Assembly (NCBI GenBank): GCA_011364965.1
Contig: RDOB01000004.1
Location: forward strand, 116,360-180,359
From: Candidatus Heimdallarchaeota archaeon
GTDB lineage: Archaea; Asgardarchaeota; Heimdallarchaeia; Hodarchaeales; Hodarchaeaceae
Direction of reading: 5' to 3'
Length of the DNA: 64,000 nt
The translations under genes and the position numbers were made by a program. Shown here piece by piece: positions 59,426 to 64,000 of this stretch (its first letter is position 1; every line of letters begins with the position of its first letter). The notes below the pieces were generated by a model. The model had not been told where the DNA came from. It saw nothing but the letters and a program-made list of their open reading frames with translations, and did no database searches.

Positions 59426-61270
59426 ATGAGTTCTTTATCGGCTTCAAATGACATTCTTGTTATTCATCAAAACAGAATCATCTTTAGCTCTGGTAGTGGG
59501 GCGTTAACACAACATAGCAAAATTAGTGCAACAGTAACCCAAGTTTTAAATCTTTTTTCCCAGAAAATCATGAAAGGAGAACAAATACACTTTATAAGGT
59601 TTGAAAATCATCGCATGATATTCTTATTCTCCCCTGCAAGGAAAGAAGAATTAGTAGCAATTGTTTTAATCCCAATAGATCGAAGCGCAAGGCAAATTTT
59701 ACCTACAATGAGCATGATTTTAGGATTATTAGAAGAATTTCTCCAGGGTAATATTCTAGACGCACAAAATCGTCATTTAGATTGCTTTCACCAAATCTTG
59801 TCAACTCATGAAGATTCTTTATACATCATCCCTCGAACAGCAGATGGAATATTAGCAGCGTTAGTACTACTAACGGCTTTCGCTCATGATATGCAGCTTG
59901 GAATCCAAAAAGTTGTTTCTAATATAAGATTTATAAACCCACAGAAACCTCAAGAAATCAGTAATATACTGCATCAAGCAGAAAATAAAAGGATTCTATC
60001 TTTTATCGATATTCCAGAAGCAGAGACGAGAGAGAATATTCTTGTATTCGGTATTGAATCTCCACTAAGGCAATATTTCTCTGCATTGCCAGGCGAACGT
60101 ATTTATGATGCATTAGGTAGGATATTTGGTGAGAAATCTAATGCTGCTAAGATGAGATCATTTATTGCTAATGAAGATGCCCAAGAAATAGCACAATCAA
60201 TATCATTATTTCCTGAATCAGAAGATGGGTTTATTAGAAAAGAGATTCTACTGAATACTGTATTACAACCAGGGAAAGATATAATTGTCTCGATATCTAC
60301 TCCTGTTATGCAAAAGTTACGAGAATTGTCGTCAACAACACGAGAAACATCACGCGTTAAACATAAATTTCCAAAAGATGTTCCTGTTGATGACCTTGAT
60401 GCTCTCACGGAACACCTTATAGAGGAGGAAATAGCTGAAGTAAAACCAATTGTTCAGGACCTAGGAGTAAAAAATGCTCAAGCATTATCAGCAGAGCCCG
60501 ATGCAATTCCTTCTGCTATACAAATAGAACCAATTACCACTATTCCATCTCGAAAAGTTACCAAAGAAACAATGGTTCAATTGGAGAAAGCGAAAAAGGG
60601 AGGACATGAATATAGATTCAATTCTATCCCCATATTATTAGATACATCTCCATTTGCTTTAAATATAACAGAAACGGATAGCTTACCTTATGATCCCTCA
60701 AAAATGACAATTCGTGTTTTTAATAATCAGAATAGACAATTTTGTATCCATATCTTGACTTCTTCAGATAGACTTCCACCTTTGAAAGAATCAATGGAGG
60801 ATTTGTCTATGAGATTAGGGGGAGAAACTCAGTTGCACAAAGATCATATCTCGATTCAAGGTCCTGTTGAAAAGCAATCTAATGCGATTAAAGCCCTTCT
60901 TTGGCTTTTAATTGTAGAATATTTAACACAAGTAGAATTAAATAAATTTCCATTATCGAAACGTTTCGAGATTCCTAGAGAGGGTTCTATTTTAATAATT
61001 CCACCTAAACGTGACTTTGTTCGTGAAAAAATACCATCTAAATTTAAAACCTTTGTAGTAGAGGAAGAAGTAAGGAGGAAGATTGAACAAGAAGCATTAT
61101 GGACATTAGGACAATCTCAAGATACCTTAATCTCCAAATTAATGGAACCATTAAAACATGGTGAAGGAGTTGTTTTCATTGCGTCAGATAGGAACCAAGA
61201 AATGGAAGAAATTGCTCTATTCCTTCTTTTAGTCTCTGAAACTTGTGGTATTGGATTTTCTAGATGGTAG
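59426..61270 (+). CDS. N-terminal longin-like domain protein with DENN-like alpha/beta segments
   Basis: beta-beta-alpha-beta-beta-beta-alpha pattern (ILVIH/RIIF, VTQVLNLFSQKIM, IHFIRFENHRMIF, LVAIVLIP), followed by helix-strand-helix units. Confidence 0.55.
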   Translation: MSSLSASNDILVIHQNRIIFSSGSGALTQHSKISATVTQVLNLFSQKIMKGEQIHFIRFENHRMIFLFSPARKEELVAIVLIPIDRSARQILPTMSMILGLLEEFLQGNILDAQNRHLDCFHQILSTHEDSLYIIPRTADGILAALVLLTAFAHDMQLGIQKVVSNIRFINPQKPQEISNILHQAENKRILSFIDIPEAETRENILVFGIESPLRQYFSALPGERIYDALGRIFGEKSNAAKMRSFIANEDAQEIAQSISLFPESEDGFIRKEILLNTVLQPGKDIIVSISTPVMQKLRELSSTTRETSRVKHKFPKDVPVDDLDALTEHLIEEEIAEVKPIVQDLGVKNAQALSAEPDAIPSAIQIEPITTIPSRKVTKETMVQLEKAKKGGHEYRFNSIPILLDTSPFALNITETDSLPYDPSKMTIRVFNNQNRQFCIHILTSSDRLPPLKESMEDLSMRLGGETQLHKDHISIQGPVEKQSNAIKALLWLLIVEYLTQVELNKFPLSKRFEIPREGSILIIPPKRDFVREKIPSKFKTFVVEEEVRRKIEQEALWTLGQSQDTLISKLMEPLKHGEGVVFIASDRNQEMEEIALFLLLVSETCGIGFSRW

Positions 61271-61301
61271 AGACAAGGCTAAAAGAATTTCTTACTAAAG
61301 A

Positions 61302-61372
61302 CTGCTATTGTATCGATCGGCTGAGGCCTCCCGTTGCGATGATGCATGTATCGTCCGGAATAGCAGATAAGC
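61302..61372 (+). ncRNA. Putative single-hairpin box H/ACA pseudouridylation guide RNA (SSU rRNA 790-loop target)
   Basis: 8-bp lower stem, GUAUC/GUCCGG pocket, upper stem, K-turn/K-loop (CUGA + GAU-GAUG), and an AUA box 14 nt from the pocket apex. About 54% GC in AT-rich intergenic DNA. Confidence 0.7.
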
Positions 61373-61704
61373 TTTCAGCTGGGATCTTTTTGGAAATTCT
61401 AGTCAAATTGTCTTGCCAACTAGAAAAATTAAATGATAATACCTATACAAGCATATTTGAGTAAATCCAAGGATGATTCTAGTTTTATTAATTAAAAACA
61501 AAAATTTATGAACCATTTAGAATGGAAAGAGTTTGGGAAACGTAAAAAAGTGATCAATTAGAACTAATATTTATAACTTAGATTAGGTTGAATTGGTTAA
61601 AATAATATTAACTGAGTCCATAAAACAAAGATAGTGTATACTTCAAACTAAAAAATTAAATAAATTTCATTGAAATCAAATCTACACTCATAGGGTTTAT
61701 TCAA

Positions 61705-62571
61705 ATGATAAGGACAATTCGCAAATTTTCTAAAAAAACACGAGGAATTTCTCCCGTGATAGCCACAGTTCTTTTAATAGGATTAGCTGTCGTAGCAGGT
61801 ATTGCAGTCGCCTTAGTGGTTTTTGGTACATTGAATACTCCCACACCATTAAGAATTGAGATAATATCCATATCTGATTTTAAAACAACTGATGATGACA
61901 CCTTAATCGATCAATTTTCTGTAACATTACATAATACAGAACGTACAAATGGTCTGATTTTAACAGATTCTTTCAAACTATTTTTCCAGAATCTAACTGA
62001 GCAATTAGGTTGGGAAATGAATCTTTCAAATACACAAATAATTCTTCCTGCCTTGGAAATTCAAACTATTCCATTGTATTGTAATCCTAATGAAGATCAA
62101 AACGAATTAACACCTAAAAATGATACCCTTTATATTGAAGTAACCGTCTATCCGGAGAGCAGTACGAATCCAAGAAACGCTAAGAAATTCCGATCAGATT
62201 TACTAATAATGGGAGACACTTATGGACCCGTGTCCATTCAAGCTACCGCCCAAAATGCATTATTTGATGATTTGGGGAATAATATTTCTATAACAGCCAC
62301 AAATCTAGGCAGTATGGAACTAGATCTGTATTTAGAGTTTTCTACTACAGATTCTCAGGATATTTTCTTTGCAATAGGGGGAGAAAATAAAACACGATTC
62401 GATTTCTCAATTGGTAGTTATGGGGAAGTTATTATGCCAAATTTAACCTCATTATATCCTACAGAACACGCTGTAGCTGACCAGAGTTTCATAATATTAA
62501 TTACATTATGGGATCAGAATAATTTTCGCCTTTTAGCTTCTAGAAGCTTACTATTAACCTATACAGGTTAA
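61705..62571 (+). CDS. Archaeal type IV pilin-like protein
   Basis: Class III signal peptide KKTRG|ISPVIATVLLIGLAVVAG; beta-rich body. Confidence 0.88.
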   Translation: MIRTIRKFSKKTRGISPVIATVLLIGLAVVAGIAVALVVFGTLNTPTPLRIEIISISDFKTTDDDTLIDQFSVTLHNTERTNGLILTDSFKLFFQNLTEQLGWEMNLSNTQIILPALEIQTIPLYCNPNEDQNELTPKNDTLYIEVTVYPESSTNPRNAKKFRSDLLIMGDTYGPVSIQATAQNALFDDLGNNISITATNLGSMELDLYLEFSTTDSQDIFFAIGGENKTRFDFSIGSYGEVIMPNLTSLYPTEHAVADQSFIILITLWDQNNFRLLASRSLLLTYTG

Positions 62572-63254
62572 TTGCTCTTCTTGGAAATAAGCTTTACCCT
62601 GAAAATTTCGTAATAACCTATTTCCCTACTCTCATCCCAATGTACCTCTGCTTCCTCAATTTCAATTCGAGAAGGAAAAAAAGGAGCATCCAAGACAAAT
62701 GATTCATATTCACCGCCTTCTCCTGTGACACTTATTTGTTCGTCCACTGCTTGTTGCCTTATCCTGCTTATCAAAGATTGCGTAATTCTTTTACCAAGCA
62801 AATTCCTTTCAAAACCCATAGCAGCGACTGAGACAAAAATAATGTAAAAATTATTTTCTAGGAGTTCATTCATCAATTGTAATGGTGCTAGTCGCCATAA
62901 TGGATTGAAACATCGAACTCCCGCGAGCGCCGCAGCCCGATTGAATTTATAACGCTGAAATTCGGAACGAATTCCCCCTGTAATAATCGCATCGACCTGA
63001 AGATCATTGAATGCTCTTTTAAGAGTTATAATCTCATTGGAAAGATCACAGGACTCAATTAGAATCTCTTTATAAGGAATATTTAGCATTTCAGCCATAA
63101 ATCTAACATATTTACTATTTGGAAGGTGAAATAGAAGGCTTTCATTACAATTTGAACGTACAGTGATTATGGCGATTACATTGTATTGATGGAGTGCTAC
63201 CCATAAAGCCAATATAGAGTCTTTTCCTCCAGAGACGAGGCATGCTACTTTAAT
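62568..63254 (-). CDS. dph6: Diphthine--ammonia ligase (probable ATT start)
   Basis: In-frame upstream extension IKVACLVSGGKDS (PP-loop), plus GGIRSEFQ, PLW and GEGGEYESFVLDAP. Confidence 0.9.
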   Translation of the reverse strand: MKVACLVSGGKDSILALWVALHQYNVIAIITVRSNCNESLLFHLPNSKYVRFMAEMLNIPYKEILIESCDLSNEIITLKRAFNDLQVDAIITGGIRSEFQRYKFNRAAALAGVRCFNPLWRLAPLQLMNELLENNFYIIFVSVAAMGFERNLLGKRITQSLISRIRQQAVDEQISVTGEGGEYESFVLDAPFFPSRIEIEEAEVHWDESREIGYYEIFRVKLISKKSN

Positions 63255-63377
63255 TTTTCATTTCCTCCAATCTTATTTGAAAATGCACTACGAATACGAA
63301 GAAATTTATATCTTATCATTTTAATTACAGTAATTTGCAAATAAAACAGACAAATTAACCACTTATGAGACTGGAAA

Positions 63378-64000
63378 ATGTCATCAGAACTTATAAAAGA
63401 AATAAAAAGACTGAAAACCGATCGTAATGCTCTTTTATTAGTACATAATTATCAGGAACCAATGATTCAACAATTAGGCGATTTTATCGGGGATAGCTTA
63501 GAATTAGCTCGTAAAGCAACAGAGATTAACTGTGAAATTATTGTTTTTGCAGGTGCAAATTTCATGGCTGAAACAGCTGCGGTTCTTAATCCAGATAAAA
63601 CAGTTCTAATTCCCTCACCCTCAGCAAAATGCCCTATGGCACATATGCTTTCAGTGGAAAACATAGAAGAATACAAGAAACGATATCCAGAGGCATTAAT
63701 CGCTGTATATGTAAATACGACTGCTGAAGTAAAAGCAAGAGCAGACATTTGTATCACATCTGGGAATGCACCCCAAATTGTCTCCAAATTACCAAAAAAA
63801 CAGATACTTGTCGGTCCAGATAGAAATTTAGCTTATTTTATTCAACAAAAAGTCCCTGATAAAGAAATAATTCCGTTTCCTGAAACAGGGCATTGTTATG
63901 TTCACCAGAAATTCCAAACTGATGATATTATCAACCTTAAAAGAGAATATCCAAGCGCGGAAATTTTGATACATCCTGAAGCTAAACCTGAAGTACAAAA
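63378..64000 (+). CDS. nadA: Quinolinate synthase, 3'-partial (missing from the ORF track)
   Basis: Translates as MSSELIKEIKRLK..LLVHNYQ..GDSLELAR..FMAETA..CPMA..YVNT..GPDRNLA..GHCYVH..IHPE. Confidence 0.93.
   Translation, partial: MSSELIKEIKRLKTDRNALLLVHNYQEPMIQQLGDFIGDSLELARKATEINCEIIVFAGANFMAETAAVLNPDKTVLIPSPSAKCPMAHMLSVENIEEYKKRYPEALIAVYVNTTAEVKARADICITSGNAPQIVSKLPKKQILVGPDRNLAYFIQQKVPDKEIIPFPETGHCYVHQKFQTDDIINLKREYPSAEILIHPEAKPEVQ

Noticed and set aside
61264-61464. 66-aa ORF after the longin gene
   Set aside because: No recognisable protein features; the GC-rich core is better explained as a structured H/ACA RNA.
63467-63787. 106-aa minus-strand ORF
   Set aside because: Antisense to nadA, which runs off the end of the window on the + strand.
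1-64000. CRISPR arrays, tRNA/rRNA genes, IS elements, integrases, inteins; other short overlapping ORFs in the track
   Set aside because: No repeat-spacer periodicity, cloverleaf, transposase/integrase or intein motifs were seen by eye. Short ORFs nested in or antisense to well-supported genes were treated as spurious.

Overview
This is an AT-rich, gene-dense archaeal chromosomal segment. By inference it comes from an Asgard archaeon, probably Heimdallarchaeia/Hodarchaeales. The basis is archaeal housekeeping genes (TFB, G1P dehydrogenase, GGPP synthase, geranylgeranyl reductase, aTrm56, Dph6, class III signal-peptide pilins) occurring together with eukaryote-signature-like genes: two Rab-like GTPases, an MglA-type GTPase, gelsolin-like domains, a roadblock protein and a longin-domain protein. 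I saw no rRNA, tRNA, CRISPR array or transposase. The most notable region is about 49-62.6 kb. It holds a gelsolin / Rab / MglA / TsaC / longin(-DENN-like) cluster, a divergently transcribed protein resembling eukaryotic Get4, and a nearby type IV pilin. It also holds an unannotated ~70-nt RNA with box H/ACA guide geometry, whose pocket matches the SSU rRNA 790 loop. Other highlights: four 11-bp-phased GTAWTAC-like boxes upstream of a CdrS/aCcr1-like RHH regulator; an RHH-fused, catalytically degenerate nucleotidyltransferase; a BshC-like enzyme; and two conserved genes (egsA, dph6) that appear to need non-canonical start codons. All homology calls come from motif recognition by eye, not from database searches.
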